Positions 1 through 12,384 of a DNA stretch of 59,531 nucleotides are shown one piece after another. The stretch comes from Malassezia furfur (lineage: Eukaryota), in the NCBI GenBank assembly GCA_052055015.1, contig JBQJIT010000022.1; one strand, 5' to 3'. Under the pieces are notes generated by a model. That model had not been told where the DNA came from and searched no databases. It worked only from the letters and a program-made list of their open reading frames with translations. The first letter of the stretch is position 1; each line of letters opens with the position of its first letter. A program made the translations under genes and the position numbers.

Positions 1-4
1 GGGC

Positions 5-1453
5 ATGCTCGCTGCGGTAGGCGCGGCTCGCGTCCCACAGCACGCTGCGTCGCCGCTCGCCTTCCTCGCCGAGCCGGCGAAGCCGGTCGTCTCGCGCGCC
101 GATGCCGTCGCACGGCACGAGGATGCACCGCGCTCGCCGCGCAAGAGCGTGCGGCGCACCAAGAGCCAGGACTTGCTGCACAAGGCGCTCAAAAGCCGTA
201 GCGCCGGCGCACCGCCACACCCGCCGCCGCCCCTGTGCACGTGTGGGCGCACCGAAGCGCCGCGCTCGGCTCTGTCGTGGCGCAAGGCCCCGGCGCCCAT
301 CGCGCCGCAGTGGCACGCACACGACTGCCCCGTGCGCATTCGCTGGGAGCACACGGCCCCAGCGCCCGTGCCGCCGCCGCCGCCGACGCTGTACGTCTCG
401 TCGCCGAGCGGCATCAGTGCGCCACGGCACCTCGAGCTGCGCGGCCGCGAGTATGACGCGAACGGATGGAGCTCGCGCGACCTGCAGCACCTCTTCCCGC
501 GCATCCCGCGCCCGCGTCTTGCGCTCGTGAAGCGCGCCACCATCGCGGGGCTGTACGGCCTCTTCCGTGCGCCCGACGCGACGAGCGATCCTCAGCGCCT
601 CGTCACGCCGTCGGGCCGCCGCCCACGCTCGCCGCGCAAGCACCGCGCAACGCGCACCGTGTCTGTGCCGCACCTGCGGCGCACGAGCGCCGAGATGCGC
701 TTGGCATCGACGCCGCCGCGCGCGCTGCGTGCCGCCTCGGCGGCATCGACGCCGCCACGTGCGCTGCGCACCGCCGAAGCGCCCCCGGTCGCGACCGACG
801 TCGTGGTGCATGCGCCCGCGTCCCCCGCGCCGCCATCGCCGGGTGCCGGCAAGGAAAACATGGCAGAGGACGCGGCGTGCGCGACGCCGCCGTCACCGAC
901 GCTGCGGCGTACGACGGCGTTCCCTGCCGTGCGCCGCACACGCAGCGTTGCGCCCCTGCGCAAGCCCGCGCCACCGCTCCCCGCAGACGCCCTCGACGCG
1001 CCCACAGCACAGGCGGCGCTGCCGCGCGCCGACGCCGCGCCACGGCTGCCGAGCCGCGCGGCATCGCGGCCACAGCTCGACTACCGCAAGTCGAGCAAGA
1101 CGCGGCCTGCGTCGCGAACCGACGTGCCCCACGAGGCGCGTGCGCCGCTCGGGACGCGTACGGGCTACGTGCAGGCCACGGACCCGATGCGTACCGAGCC
1201 GACGCTGCGCCGCGCGCCGTCCAGCAAGATGCTGCGGCTGCAGCGCAAGCCGTCGGCCATGGCGCTGGGCCTCGGCCTGGCGCTACCCACGCCCGGTGCG
1301 CCGGGCGTGTTTGCGGACAGCGCGTCGAGCGCAAGCAGCGATACGGAGGGCGGCGCACGTACACGGCCGTCCGTGCCGCCCGTGCCGCCGCTCCCGCGGG
1401 CCTATGCGCCCTTGCCGTCGTGGCAGACGACGACACAAAATACCCCGTTCTAG
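5..1453 (+). CDS. Hypothetical Pro/Ala/Arg/Ser-rich protein, possibly 5'-truncated by the window edge
   Basis: 482-aa ORF whose frame is open to the window start. Low complexity, with a C-x-C...W-H-x-x-x-C segment. Ends 11 bp from the stop of the convergent gene. Confidence 0.55.
   Translation: MLAAVGAARVPQHAASPLAFLAEPAKPVVSRADAVARHEDAPRSPRKSVRRTKSQDLLHKALKSRSAGAPPHPPPPLCTCGRTEAPRSALSWRKAPAPIAPQWHAHDCPVRIRWEHTAPAPVPPPPPTLYVSSPSGISAPRHLELRGREYDANGWSSRDLQHLFPRIPRPRLALVKRATIAGLYGLFRAPDATSDPQRLVTPSGRRPRSPRKHRATRTVSVPHLRRTSAEMRLASTPPRALRAASAASTPPRALRTAEAPPVATDVVVHAPASPAPPSPGAGKENMAEDAACATPPSPTLRRTTAFPAVRRTRSVAPLRKPAPPLPADALDAPTAQAALPRADAAPRLPSRAASRPQLDYRKSSKTRPASRTDVPHEARAPLGTRTGYVQATDPMRTEPTLRRAPSSKMLRLQRKPSAMALGLGLALPTPGAPGVFADSASSASSDTEGGARTRPSVPPVPPLPRAYAPLPSWQTTTQNTPF
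704..775 (+). repeat. Imperfect intragenic tandem duplication (about 39-nt period) encoding ASTPPRALR twice
   Basis: gcatcgacgccgcc..gcgctgcg occurs at 704 and 743. Confidence 0.7.
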
Positions 1454-1464
1454 GAGATAGGTTT

Positions 1465-2483
1465 CTAGCGAATCTGTGTGCTGTCGTTGAAACCGGTGGT
1501 CTCGTCCATGCCCATACGCTCGCGCTCGAGCGCGCGGTTGTACTCGGCCACTGCACGGTCGTACGACGAGGTGCTCGACGACGCGGACGGCGCCGCGGCG
1601 CGCGCACGCGACTCGCGCTGCTCGTCGAGCGCCGCCTTGGCCGTGCGCTGACGCAGGTTTTCCCACGCACTCGGCGTGCCGGTGCGGTCGTTGCGCAGCT
1701 GCGCCCAGCGCGTGCCAGGGCCCGTGCCTGCCGGCATGCTGGCCTCGCCGCCCCCGCTGGGCATCGCGGACCAGTCCTGCTCCGCGGCAGGCGCCGGCGT
1801 ACGCTCGGCGCCCCACGTCGGGCGCTCGGTGCTCGTCGACGCCCATGCGCGCTCGCGCGGCGGCGCATCGCCCTCCGTCCAGCTGCTGCGCTCCGGTGTG
1901 TCCGTCCACGTCGGCGCGGAGCTGCTGGCGGGCGCCGACGTGCTCGACCACGGCGTGCGTGCGTCGGCGGGCGGTGCGTCGCTGGGCGCGGCGCCATCGT
2001 CACTCCACTGCTCGTTGCGCTCCGTGCCGATTTCGTTCGGCTTCGGCGGGGGGGCACGGAAGAAGCCGTCCTTGCGTCGGCTTTCCATCTGCTGCTGCAG
2101 CACCCGCGAGAGGTGCTGCGGGTCCTCGATGTTGCTCAGCGACGATCGGCTCAGGGCGATACCGACGGGAATAAAGAAGAGCGAGCCTGCGAATCCACTC
2201 GCGAACGACAGCACAAACAGACGGGTATTGCTCATCCGTCGCCCTGAGCGACGGAGCGCAAACACCATCGCACTGGCACCGGCCACGAAGCCAAACTGCG
2301 TCAGTCACTCCATACGTACGACTCGCGCGCGCCAGACATTCGTACCAATATGACGCAGGGCTTCCGCTGAAATTAGGCATACAACGTACCCTCCTTGGGC
2401 GTAAGCTTGGAGTCGGCCTGCGCAGCACCGCCGCTGTTGGGCGGCGCCGTGCCGGGATTCGGGGCAGCGGGGGCCATCGACAT
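1465..2483 (-). CDS. Hypothetical membrane protein (two N-terminal hydrophobic segments), 3 exons
   Basis: ATG at 2483. GT-AG introns 2367-2389 (23 nt) and 2296-2319 (24 nt) join MSMAPAAP...LTPKEAEALRHIG...RARV to FGFVAGASAM... of the 273-aa ORF. Confidence 0.7.
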
Positions 2484-3321
2484 GCTGGGTGTCCTGCGCG
2501 CGCGCACGGCCGCTGCTTTCGTAAGCAATAAGCCCGACCGCGCACACGCCGGCCGAGGCCGTTGGAGGCAGAGGGGGTGGGGGCCGGCCGACGGGCGCGC
2601 GTGTCGCGCGCGCTGGGCGTCGGCGTACGGTCAGGGCCGGCAGAGGAAGCACGACGCTCGCGTCCTCGCTCGATGGAAGGGGTACATGAATCTTTGCTGT
2701 TGCGACGCCAAGATGCTGGGCCAACGACGTATGGGGCCACTTCTCTCCTCGATCTCTACGTAGGGCCACGCTAGTGAGCTACGGGTGTTGCGCCGACAGC
2801 GACGTGCCGCGAAGCAAGACTCTTGACGTAGGAGTCTGCGGAGCATAGCCCTGCGGCGCGGAGCGCCATGGAGTGGCGCGGCGGGGCGCGGCGGCTTGGC
2901 TACCCCGCCACGGCGCGGCGTTGGCTCGCCAAGACGCACGCACGCGGTGTCATCCACGTGTCGTCTTCGTCTCGATCCGTAGCTTGTCACGTCCCCGCGC
3001 GAGCCGTCGCGTGTGCAGGACGCGCGTGCGCGTCGATGCCCGGGCGCGCCGATGATTGGTCGGCCGAGCCACGCGCGGTGATTCGCGGCTCTGCACGCGC
3101 CACGCGGCGTGTCCAAAATCTCCGGCCGACGCGACGCGACGCGGGTTTAATTGCGCGGCCGCCTACCTGCAGGGCCGCGCGCGAGGGCCGACCCCTGCAG
3201 CCCGCTGACCCGCGTGTCCGTCCCTAGCGCGCGCGCCCTGCGCGGAGGTTGGAGCTGGCCATCGACGCGCGTTCGTCGTGCCCATACACCGCCAAGACAC
3301 GGAGTCGCCCACGCGTCTGCC

Positions 3322-4683
3322 ATGGCCGCTGCCTCCGTCTCCACGCACACGCCCGAGGGCAGCAACACGCCGCAGCTTCTCGAGGTACGCTGCCCCGTCT
3401 GACCGCAGCAAGCGCAGCGCCTGCGCGAACGCCTCACGCTCGCTGCACACCACACGGGACTCACAAGTGCGGGGCATGCTCCGGACCTCGCGCCGAAGCA
3501 TGCGCTCGGCAGCCCCCTCGTGGAGGCGCATGCCGTAGCGCCGCCCACGCGCCCCCTGCCACCGCTGCCGCGCACGCCCGACCACAAGCGCAAGGCATCC
3601 ACCTCGCCCGCGTCCGCCGACCTGTACCAGGGCGTGCTCGGGAGCCATGTCACGTTTGCCTCCCCGTCGCCCACCCGTGCCGCGCCCATGGCATCGCCGC
3701 CGTCGCCGGCGCCGCGCGCACGCTCCGTGCCGCGCACGCCCCAGTCGCGCGCGAGTGCGGGGGAATGGCTGAACCACGTCGCCTCCTCGCCGCAGCTCGG
3801 CTCGCCGCACCGCCGCGCGACGAGCGACGTGCACAACTACCCCACCGCCGAGCAGCTCCAGCGCGAGCAGCGTGCCGCGCAGCGCGTGTCGCCCAAGCGG
3901 CGGCGGATGGACATGCCCGCGCCGTTTGCGTTCCCCAGCCGCGTGGTGCCCCACTCGCCGCCGCACCTGCGTAGCGGGCGCGTCGCCTCGGCGCTTGCGC
4001 AGGATCTCGGTGTGCCCACCGACGCGTCGCCCGGCCGCCTTGCGGCGGCGCGCGCCGTGCCCGCTTCGCGCCATGCACGCTACGCATCCATGTCGTCGCT
4101 GCCCGACGCACCCCACGATACACATTACGTACCTGTGCGCAGCTACGACCCGCCGCCGCACGACACACGCGACGTGCGTGCGCCGCGGCCACCGTACGCG
4201 CAGAACGTCGGGGGCGCCCCTGGCGACGCGCACGCACCGCTGTCATATGCGCGGCATGCGCCGCCCGCGCCCGGTGCGCCGCACGACGCCGGCGCAGCGC
4301 GGCGCGCGGACCCTGCATGGGCGCCGCCGATGGCCTCGCGCATGCACCGCCGCAGCGTGTCGCACAATGTGCTCGATACCCCGGTGCCGGTGTCGCACGA
4401 TCGACACAGCAGCATCATCACGCCGCCGAGTGAGTCGCCCATGTTCCCCATGACGCCCAAGTCGCTGGCGCCCTCGTTCCGCTACGGCGATTTGCTGAGC
4501 ACGAGCCCCACGCCGCAGCCGCGGCACGGGCGGCCGACGCGCGCAACGCCCAGCAGTGCACCGCCCAAGGCGCCGCGGCACCTGCGGTTCCGCTCCGAGG
4601 ACCTCGGGGCACGCGGAGCACGCCCGCTGTGGGCGCAGTCGCCCCGTGGGCCCCACGCACCCTGGAAGGACATAGCCATGTAG
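3322..4683 (+). CDS. Disordered SP/TP-rich protein; possible Whi5/Nrm1-like G1/S corepressor
   Basis: ATG 3322. A 24-nt intron at 3385-3408 (gtacgc...ctgac..cag) restores the frame into the 387-aa ORF. N-terminal QAQRLRERLTLAA followed by many S/T-P sites. Function is speculative. Confidence 0.6.
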
Positions 4684-4693
4684 AGACCACGTG

Positions 4694-5755
4694 ATGGTGT
4701 TGTTCTCGCCCGGCATGGCGGCTCGGTACGCGCGCGAGGCGCGCATAGGCGCAGGGTCGTACGGGTAGGTGTGCGCGCATTGACGCAGCGAGGTGTACCG
4801 CGGGCATGAGCGTGCAACGGGCAAAGTGGTCGCGATCAAGGTGATCGATTTGGAGCTGTCGCACGACGAGCTGATCACGGTGCAGCGCGAAATTGCGGTG
4901 CTCAGTCAGGTGCGCAGCCCGTGCATCACAGCGTACTACGACAGCTTCCTTGCGGATGCGCAGCTGTCCATTGTCATGGAGTACTGCGGCGGAGGCAGCT
5001 GCGCGGACCTGCTGGACGCAAAGCTGCTCCGCGCGCAGCACATTCCCACGATCCTGCGCGAGGTGCTGCATGCGCTCGTGTACCTGCACGGCGAACAAAA
5101 GCTGCATCGCGACATCAAAGCGGCCAACGTGCTGCTCGCCAGTGATGGTGCTGTCAAGCTCGCCGACTTTGGCGTCGCGGGGCAGCTCACCGCGGCGGTC
5201 AAGAAGGATTCGGCGTTCGTCGGCACGCCCTACTGGATGTCGCCCGAGGTCGTGAAGCAGAGCGGGTACGACGCCAAGGCAGACATCTGGAGCTTGGGGA
5301 TCCTTGCGTACGAGCTCGCCGAGGGCGACCCGCCGTACGCCAACTTGCACCCCATGAAGGTGTTGCATCTCATTCCGCGCAATCCACCGCCGGCACTGCC
5401 CCCCAATCATGACAAGCAGCTGTGCGCGTTCGTGCAGCTGTGCCTGCAGCGCGACCCGAAACAGCGCCCGACGGCCGCAGAGCTGCTGCGCCACAAGCTG
5501 ATCCGCAACGCGGCGCCCACGACGGTGCTGGCGCCGCTGGCTGCGCAGCGCAAGAGGCGCGCGCTCCATGAGCCAAGCAGCATCCAGCCGGTGGGCCCTG
5601 CGACGCCCGACGAGGCGATGTGGGACTTTGGCACACGCACGCACCGAGCGCGTCCCGGCGCCGTACGCGACGGCGACGATGCACCGCGCTCGCCGTCGCT
5701 CGTGTCGACGTGGAAGAGCCGCATGACGACGGTGCTGGGCGGCGCGCCGCGGTGA
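4694..5755 (+). CDS. STE20/GCK-family Ser/Thr kinase (MST3/Sid1/Don3-like)
   Basis: A 24-nt intron at 4765-4788 restores IGAGSYGEVY. Motifs VAIK, HRDIKAAN, DFG, FVGTPYWMSPE, DIWSLGI and HPMKVL are present. The start may be ATG 4715 instead. Confidence 0.88.
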
Positions 5756-5770
5756 GAAGGCCTACGTCGT

Positions 5771-7790
5771 CTACACACGCGCACCACACTCCTTGCGCAG
5801 CCACGCAATCGCGCGCGCATCGCCCTGCTTCTCGAGCAGCGGCAGGAGCTTGGCGTACACCTCGTCGTGGTACGCATTGACCCACGCGCGCTCTTCCTCG
5901 GAGAGCAGCGACGCGTCGATGAGCTTGGTCTGGATCGGGCACATGGTGATGTGCTCGAAGCGCAAGAAGCCCTTGCTCGTGGGCGGCTCGGGCGTACCGG
6001 ACGGCAGGTAGTGCGGCTGGACGCTGGGGTGAGTGTGGCGCGACGTACATGACCAGGTTCTCGATGCGGATGCCCCACTCGCCGTCGAGGTAGTAGCCGG
6101 GCTCGTTGCTGATCACCATGCCCGGCTTGAGGCCCGTCTCGTTGAACGCAATGCGCGTGCCGATGCCCATCGGCGGCTCGTGCACGTTCAAAAAGTGGCC
6201 CACGCCGTGGCCCGTGCCGTGGCGGTACTCGAGGTGGTCGCGCCAGCCAGGCGCGCGTGCGAGCGCATCAATCACGTAGCCCGTCGTGTTGAACGGGAAG
6301 ATGAGGCGGTCAATGGCAATGTTGCCCTGCAGCACCCGCGTAAAGCACCGGCGCTGCTCGGCGGTCGGCGTGCCAAAGTGCAGCGTGCGCGTCACATCCG
6401 TGGTGCCAAAGGGGAAGTGCGCACCGCTGTCGCACAGGTAGAGCGCGTCGCGGTCGATCGCGGGGCTGCCCTCCTCGGGCGGAGAGTAGTGGATGATGGC
6501 GCCGTTCGGGCCCGTGGACGAGATCGTCGTGAAGCTCAGACCCTGAAACTCGGCCTGCTTCTCGCGGAACTCGGTGAGCTTGTTCGCGCCCTGGGTCTCG
6601 GTGACGGTGTCGCCGCGCTGCAGCGCCTCCTCAAGCCACGCAAAGTAGGACACGAGCGCCGCGCCGTCGCGCAGATGTGCCTCGCGGAAACCGTCCTGCT
6701 CCACGAGGTTCTTGATGCTCTTCGCATCCACCACAAGCGAGCGGCCCACCATCGCACGCTTTGCGCCAAGCGCCTGGAACACGGCGTAGGAGGCGCGCTT
6801 GCCGATCAGCATCTTTTGGCCCGGCTGCAGCTGCGACTCCATCGCGCGCAGGTCGTCGTAAAAGGCCGCATAGGGGCGCACGACCACCGTCGCGCCCAGG
6901 TGCTCGCGCACGTCCGCCGTGAGCTGTGCATCGTTCACGTAGAGTACGGTGCGGTCCATGGTCACGATCGCAAACGTAAAGAACACGGGGTTGTACGGCA
7001 CATCCTTGCCGCGCAGGTTAAAGAGCCACGCGACCTCGTCGAGCATGGTCGCGACGAACCCGTACGCACCCATGCCCTGCAGCTGCTGGCGCAGGTCCTG
7101 GATCTTTTTGTCAAACGAACGGCCGGTGATCGAGTCGGGCAGCGCGAGGATCGGCTCCTGCGGGCGCTCGGGCCGGTCGTGCCATACCTGCGCAACGAGG
7201 TTGTCCGCGAGCGGCACAAACTCCATGTCGCTCGCCTGCAGGTCGCTGATGAGCTTCTGTGCCTCCTCGACGCCGATCACCTTGGGGTCGACGCCGATCC
7301 GCGCGTGCACAGGGAGGCGCGCGACAAGCCACTCCTGCCACGTCGGCACCTCAGGCTCGCCCATCTTCATCAGCGTCCACACGCCCGGCTCGAGCTGCTG
7401 CGACGCCTGCAAGAAGTAGCGGCCATCGGTAAAGAGCAGCGCATCGTCTTGCGTGAGCAGCGCCGTGCCAGCAGAACCGTTGAAGCCCGTGACGTAGCCG
7501 CGCAGCAAATCGGACACGGCAGGGTACTCACTCGCGTGCTCGTCCTCAGAGGGGACGAGGTACGCGTCGAGGTTGTGCTCCTTCATGCGAGCACGCACTT
7601 GCTCGACAATCGCCTTGGTGGGCACCACGCCGTTGTTCACAGCGCCCATCGTGATCGAAGAGGTCGTTCGGAGAGAAGGAAGGTAGGGGGTTCGACTTGA
7701 AACGCGAAGCAGACACGGACGTGCGATACGCCGTCCCGGAGCAATGCGCACAGAGGTGGTCGCGAGGCAACCCAAAAGACGCAAAGGCAT
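5771..7790 (-). CDS. Xaa-Pro aminopeptidase P (M24B, Fra1/AMPP-like); second candidate start at 7649
   Basis: Motifs DEHASEY, GFNGSAG, DSGAH, GTTDVTRT, HGTGHGVG, HEPP, NEPGYY and GIRIEN. A 25-nt intron at 6024-6048 joins the C-terminal exon (FEHITMCPIQ). Confidence 0.92.
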
Positions 7791-8007
7791 TGACACCTTC
7801 CGCGTGGCTCCACACGCCGGTCGAGCCACCGCTGCGGTGCGCCTAATCGCACAACGGACCAATGGGGTTGCCTTGTTGAAAAGGCGGAATTTTTGCCTAT
7901 GGGTGGATACGTCGAACGGAATCAACACCGAGCGAAGGTGGGTAGCAAGCGCGTTGAGTACTGTACATGCAGGTGTTGATCATGAGAAGATGCAGGGGGC
8001 GACGCGC

Positions 8008-9309
8008 TTAGTAGCGGTAGTGGTCGGCCTTGTACGGACCCTCGATCGGAATGTCGAGGTAGTCCGACTGGACCTGCGTGAGCTTGGTGAGCTTCACGTT
8101 GAGCTTGGCCAGGTGCGCCAGCGCGACCTCCTCGTCGAGCTTCTTGGGCAGCATGTAGACGTGGCCGCGCTTGTACTGGCCGTCCTTGTCGTTCCACAGC
8201 GCAATCTGCGCGAGCGTCTGGTTGCAGAACGAGGCGCTCATGATGAACGACGGGTGGCCCGTGGCACAGCCCAGGTTCACCAGACGGCCCTCGGCCAGCA
8301 GGATGACGTGGCGGCCGTTCGGGAGCGTGTAGCGGTCCACCTGGGGCTTGATGTTGACCACCTCCTTGGCGATCTTCTTCAGGCCCGCAACATCGATCTC
8401 AATGTCAAAGTGGCCGATGTTGCACACGATGGCGTCCTCGCTCATCTGCTCAAAGTGCTTCGTCGTGATGATGTCACGGTTGCCCGTCGTCGTCACAAAC
8501 AGGTTCGCCTCGCTCACGACGTTGTCCATCGTGTCGACCTGGTAGCCGGCCATGGCGGCCTGCAGCGCGTTGATCGGGTCAATCTCGGTGATGATCACGC
8601 GGCAGCCGTAGCCACGCAGCGACTCGGCACAGCCCTTGCCGACATCACCGAAGCCGGCCACGACGGCGACCTTGCCGCCGAGCATGACGTCCGTCGCGCG
8701 CTTGATACCGTCGACGAGCGACTCACGGCAGCCGTAGTAGTTGTCGAACTTGGACTTGGTCACCGAGTCGTTCACATTGATCGCGGCGAGCTTGAGCTCC
8801 TGGCGCTTGGCGGCCATGTAGAGGTGGTGCACACCGGTGGTGGTCTCCTCCGACACACCGTGGATGCCCTCCAGCAGCTGCGGGTATTTCTTGTGGACGA
8901 GCCAGGTGAGGTCACCACCGTCATCCAGGATCATGTTGAGCGGCTCGCCGTTGGGGAAGGCGTGCAGGGTCTGCTCAATGCACCAGTTGTACTCCTCCTC
9001 GGTCTCGCCCTTCCAGGCGAACACGGGGACACCGGTGGCCGCAATCGCAGCCGCGGCGTGGTCCTGCGTCGAGAAGATGTTGCACGAAGACCACGACACC
9101 TGCGCACCGAGCGCAATAAGCGTCTCAATCAGCACGGCGGTCTGGATGGTCATGTGCAGGCAGCCAGCAATGCGCGCGCCCTTGAGGGGCTGGTCCTTCT
9201 GGTACTTCTGGCGAAGAGCCATCAGACCAGGCATCTCGCCCTCGGCGATCTCAATCTCCTTGCGGCCGAAAGCGGCAAGCGAAATGTCGGCGACCTTGTA
9301 GTTGGACAT
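8008..9309 (-). CDS. SAH1: S-adenosyl-L-homocysteine hydrolase
   Basis: [60 protein letters not shown] and terminal HYRY. Intronless. Confidence 0.98.
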   Translation of the reverse strand: MSNYKVADISLAAFGRKEIEIAEGEMPGLMALRQKYQKDQPLKGARIAGCLHMTIQTAVLIETLIALGAQVSWSSCNIFSTQDHAAAAIAATGVPVFAWKGETEEEYNWCIEQTLHAFPNGEPLNMILDDGGDLTWLVHKKYPQLLEGIHGVSEETTTGVHHLYMAAKRQELKLAAINVNDSVTKSKFDNYYGCRESLVDGIKRATDVMLGGKVAVVAGFGDVGKGCAESLRGYGCRVIITEIDPINALQAAMAGYQVDTMDNVVSEANLFVTTTGNRDIITTKHFEQMSEDAIVCNIGHFDIEIDVAGLKKIAKEVVNIKPQVDRYTLPNGRHVILLAEGRLVNLGCATGHPSFIMSASFCNQTLAQIALWNDKDGQYKRGHVYMLPKKLDEEVALAHLAKLNVKLTKLTQVQSDYLDIPIEGPYKADHYRY

Positions 9310-9446
9310 GGTGAAAGTTGGGGGGTGGGAAGAAAGGCGGCCAAGGCGCACCGTAGAAGTCTTGCGCCGTGCACGCCAGCGCAGGACCACGTGTCGTGCG
9401 CACGTGGTGCCGCAGCCGGGCGCGCGGCGCGCTTCTTCCTGCTTCG

Positions 9447-9716
9447 ATGCCGCCGCAAGGCAGCAGCACACGCGGTGAGTGCCGCCTGGCGGAACTCACG
9501 CAGTTCCACTGCCAGTTGCTGCACAACCGGATCATGTGCCAACCAGTGGAGCGTATCTTCCGCATGTGTCCAAGGCGCCCGGCCGTGGAAGTGACACACC
9601 TCGTGGAGTACGATGCAAATATGCAGCCGTACCTCGTTGATGCCCTTCCGTACGTGTGCTGAGGCTCATGCAGCGAGTATACCCAACTGGACAAGCACGA
9701 TAGCAAGACACAGTAG
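9447..9716 (+). CDS. Som1-like small subunit of the mitochondrial inner-membrane peptidase (candidate)
   Basis: [11 protein letters not shown]...[13 protein letters not shown]...AVEVT has the Cys spacing I recall for Som1-family proteins. A putative 24-nt intron at 9650-9673 leads to [13 protein letters not shown]. Confidence 0.6.
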
Positions 9717-9903
9717 ACGCTAACGGGAAGTTTCCAGGACGCCTTTCGTGCGATGTCAGCTGTGGCCCGATCTAGGAGTCGACTATGCGCATCCTACGCA
9801 AAGCCAGACGGGACAAATTGGGCCAGATCAATCAAACCATGTCTTACTAACCGGCTCTTTGACTGATCAAAGAGTATGGCTGATGGGCGTGGTACATGTA
9901 GCA

Positions 9904-12195
9904 CTATGTAGGCCGCATAAGGGGAGTTACAGGAAAAAGCGCGTCGGAACGCACTGTTTCGTGCGGCGCCGTCTCATGGGCTATTGTAGCCAGCGATGGC
10001 GTGTCGCCAACCAGGCCACGCAGCTCGTCCAACAATGCCTGGACACGCGCCATTTCTGCTTCGCTGCGCTCGTAGTCCGGCGTGGCTACAAGCCGCAAGC
10101 GGATCGCCCCATGGTACGCCTGCACCGTCGTCCGCAGCACGTCGGCGTCCTCGGGCCGGTGCGCAAGGACATGCGCAAGCGCCAACCGGAACTCTTCAAA
10201 CAAGGTCCAGAGCCGCTCGCGCACGGCAGGTGTGTGGGCCAGACGCGTCCGGCTCGCCTCGTAGAGGCATGCGGCATACATGTCCAGACGCGCCGTCGTC
10301 ACGTCCCAATCGGCCTCGACATCGTCGGGCGGCACCGCATACAATGGGCGCGCCAGTGCCAGCGTCGGCTCAAACACGCCTGCGTGGAAGAAGGCGCGCA
10401 GCACGCCGGACGCAAACGCAGGGTGCACGGGCGACTGTGCCGCACACACGTCAAGGACGACTTGCTGCGCAACCGTCCGCATATTGCCCGCGAGCAGCGA
10501 GCGGACAAACACTTGCGTGTCGTGTAGGGGAAAGACATAGCCGAACGCTGCCGCGTCATGGTACAGCCGGATGGCAAAAAGTAACTGCCCGCTGCGCTTG
10601 CTGGCCTGCCGGAAGAGCCATAGCAGGCCGCGGGGCGGCGCCTCACCAGTCCCAAAGAAGGGCAGTTGGGCGGGATTGTACATGCGTGCCTTTTCGTAGA
10701 GGCGCCGACCCAGTGCGTAGTGCCCCTGACTGACGCAAAGGGCCAGCAGTCGGGTATGATGCGGAGGTAGAAGCAGGGGTCCGTCGTCCATGCGGCTTAG
10801 CACATGCTCGACAAACGAGGTGAACCGCGCGGACCAATCCGGCGGAACGGCCGCATAGACCACGAGGGCTTCGCCCAGCGCATCAGGCGCGGGTGTTTTT
10901 CTTCCCAGCAGGGTGGCCTCCCATGCGCGGATCAGCTCACCGTACATCTGCTGGTCCGCCTCTAGGTCGGTGTGTTCCCGAAGGGCATGGAGCGTATCGA
11001 GGGCCAGCACCATAGCAGCTTCGTGTCCCACACGCCGCTCGCGCGCGCGCCATGCCAGTGCACTGATCGCCGCCGCATATACATCGTACGGCTGGGCGTC
11101 CACAGACCGAGTCAATGTTAGGGCCGCACGCGGATCGCCCAGACGGCACAGCGCTACAGCCGCTCGCTGCGCCAAGTACTCGGGCCGTGTCCGCGCAAGG
11201 CCGTGCAACAGCGCCGACCATGGCACGGTGTAGTCAAACGGAGCCGGCATGGCCTCTGTGGGATCGCGGCACGCATCAAAGAGCATCTGAGCCCGCTCGG
11301 TGCCGAGTCGCGTCAGCAACGTCTGCACAAGGGTGCCTCGGATGGGCAGTGTATGCGCAAATGCAAGACGAAGCACATGGATGCCCATTTTTAGCTGCGG
11401 CTCGCGTGGATTGCTTCTGTCGCGGAGACGAATGCACGCCTCGACGAGGACATTGAATGGCTGTGCGGCGCTTGATCGGTCATCTTCGAGATCCGGGCGC
11501 GATGCAAGCATCTCGACAAGCCATGGGGGCGGGATGTGATCAAACTTGGCAAGGCGGAACACGGCACGCCCCAGCAGCGCGGTGTCGAGTTCCGCAGGTG
11601 CATACGTGACCGCTTCGGCCAGTACGTCGGCTTGCCTGACCCGCTCTTTTTCCCATTCTTCGCCCTCGAAATGCTCCAGTCGCTCGGCGCGTTTTAACAG
11701 CAGGTATAGATACCGCTGATACAAGGACGGTGGCATGGGCGAGGAAATGTGTGCGGCATGGAACGAAAACAGAGCATGCAGCCGCTCACAGACACGGTCG
11801 AGGCGTGCATAGAGCCCAAGCTCGGGCCGTGGATTTGGTCCTTGTGCGAGAAGCGACATAGCGCCGTGCCATAGAGAGTAGGGTATCGTGGTGCTGTTCG
11901 CTCGGCAGAGCACAAACTGGTGCCAACAAGCGTCGTCGTCGTGCCGTGCCAATGCGTCGGCCATGTCGTGCAGCTCCGGCGGCCAAGTGTGACGGTCGCC
12001 GGGAGGGAGATAGGGGTAGGTGTATCGCGCAAAGCTCGCTTGGGCCTGGCATTGCTGCGTCAGGACTGCAAACGAGCGGTAGGCCATGGGAGCCGCGCCA
12101 GGCGCGTTCCAGGGACGTCGCGAAGAAAAAGGGCCCGCGCGGACATCGTGCCATGGACGAGGCGCGACGCCACAGCGGAGCACTCTCATGAGCAT
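9904..12195 (-). CDS. Large helical-repeat (PPR-like) protein, probably mitochondrial
   Basis: About 760 aa from MLMRVLRC, with an Arg-rich presequence-like N-terminus. Degenerate PPR-like helices [16 protein letters not shown] and YGELIRAW. Confidence 0.65.
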   Translation of the reverse strand: MLMRVLRCGVAPRPWHDVRAGPFSSRRPWNAPGAAPMAYRSFAVLTQQCQAQASFARYTYPYLPPGDRHTWPPELHDMADALARHDDDACWHQFVLCRANSTTIPYSLWHGAMSLLAQGPNPRPELGLYARLDRVCERLHALFSFHAAHISSPMPPSLYQRYLYLLLKRAERLEHFEGEEWEKERVRQADVLAEAVTYAPAELDTALLGRAVFRLAKFDHIPPPWLVEMLASRPDLEDDRSSAAQPFNVLVEACIRLRDRSNPREPQLKMGIHVLRLAFAHTLPIRGTLVQTLLTRLGTERAQMLFDACRDPTEAMPAPFDYTVPWSALLHGLARTRPEYLAQRAAVALCRLGDPRAALTLTRSVDAQPYDVYAAAISALAWRARERRVGHEAAMVLALDTLHALREHTDLEADQQMYGELIRAWEATLLGRKTPAPDALGEALVVYAAVPPDWSARFTSFVEHVLSRMDDGPLLLPPHHTRLLALCVSQGHYALGRRLYEKARMYNPAQLPFFGTGEAPPRGLLWLFRQASKRSGQLLFAIRLYHDAAAFGYVFPLHDTQVFVRSLLAGNMRTVAQQVVLDVCAAQSPVHPAFASGVLRAFFHAGVFEPTLALARPLYAVPPDDVEADWDVTTARLDMYAACLYEASRTRLAHTPAVRERLWTLFEEFRLALAHVLAHRPEDADVLRTTVQAYHGAIRLRLVATPDYERSEAEMARVQALLDELRGLVGDTPSLATIAHETAPHETVRSDALFPVTPLMRPT

Positions 12196-12384
12196 TTCGC
12201 TGCTCGTTTGTCGCGCAGGGCGCCAGTTGTGCAGCGAGCGCGGCGCCGTGGCGAGCGCGGCGCACCGACCGAGCTCACGCCGCGCCATGCATGCGGCTTC
12301 CCCTGCGATTTTTTCGAGGCACGTGGCAGAGAGCGCCCACGCTTGCGACGCGTCTCGTTCCTTCTCCACCCCACCCCCCGCGCG

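Noticed and set aside
7744..9594. Long antisense ORFs opposite SAH1, and similarly opposite AMPP, the oxidase, ERG1, the acyl-CoA synthetase and VPS11
   Set aside because: Expected from strong GC3 codon bias. They have no recognisable motifs.
9222..9650. Minus-strand frame containing an HEVCH (HExxH) metalloprotease-like motif
   Set aside because: It has no clean start or splice model and lies antisense to the better-supported Som1-like gene.
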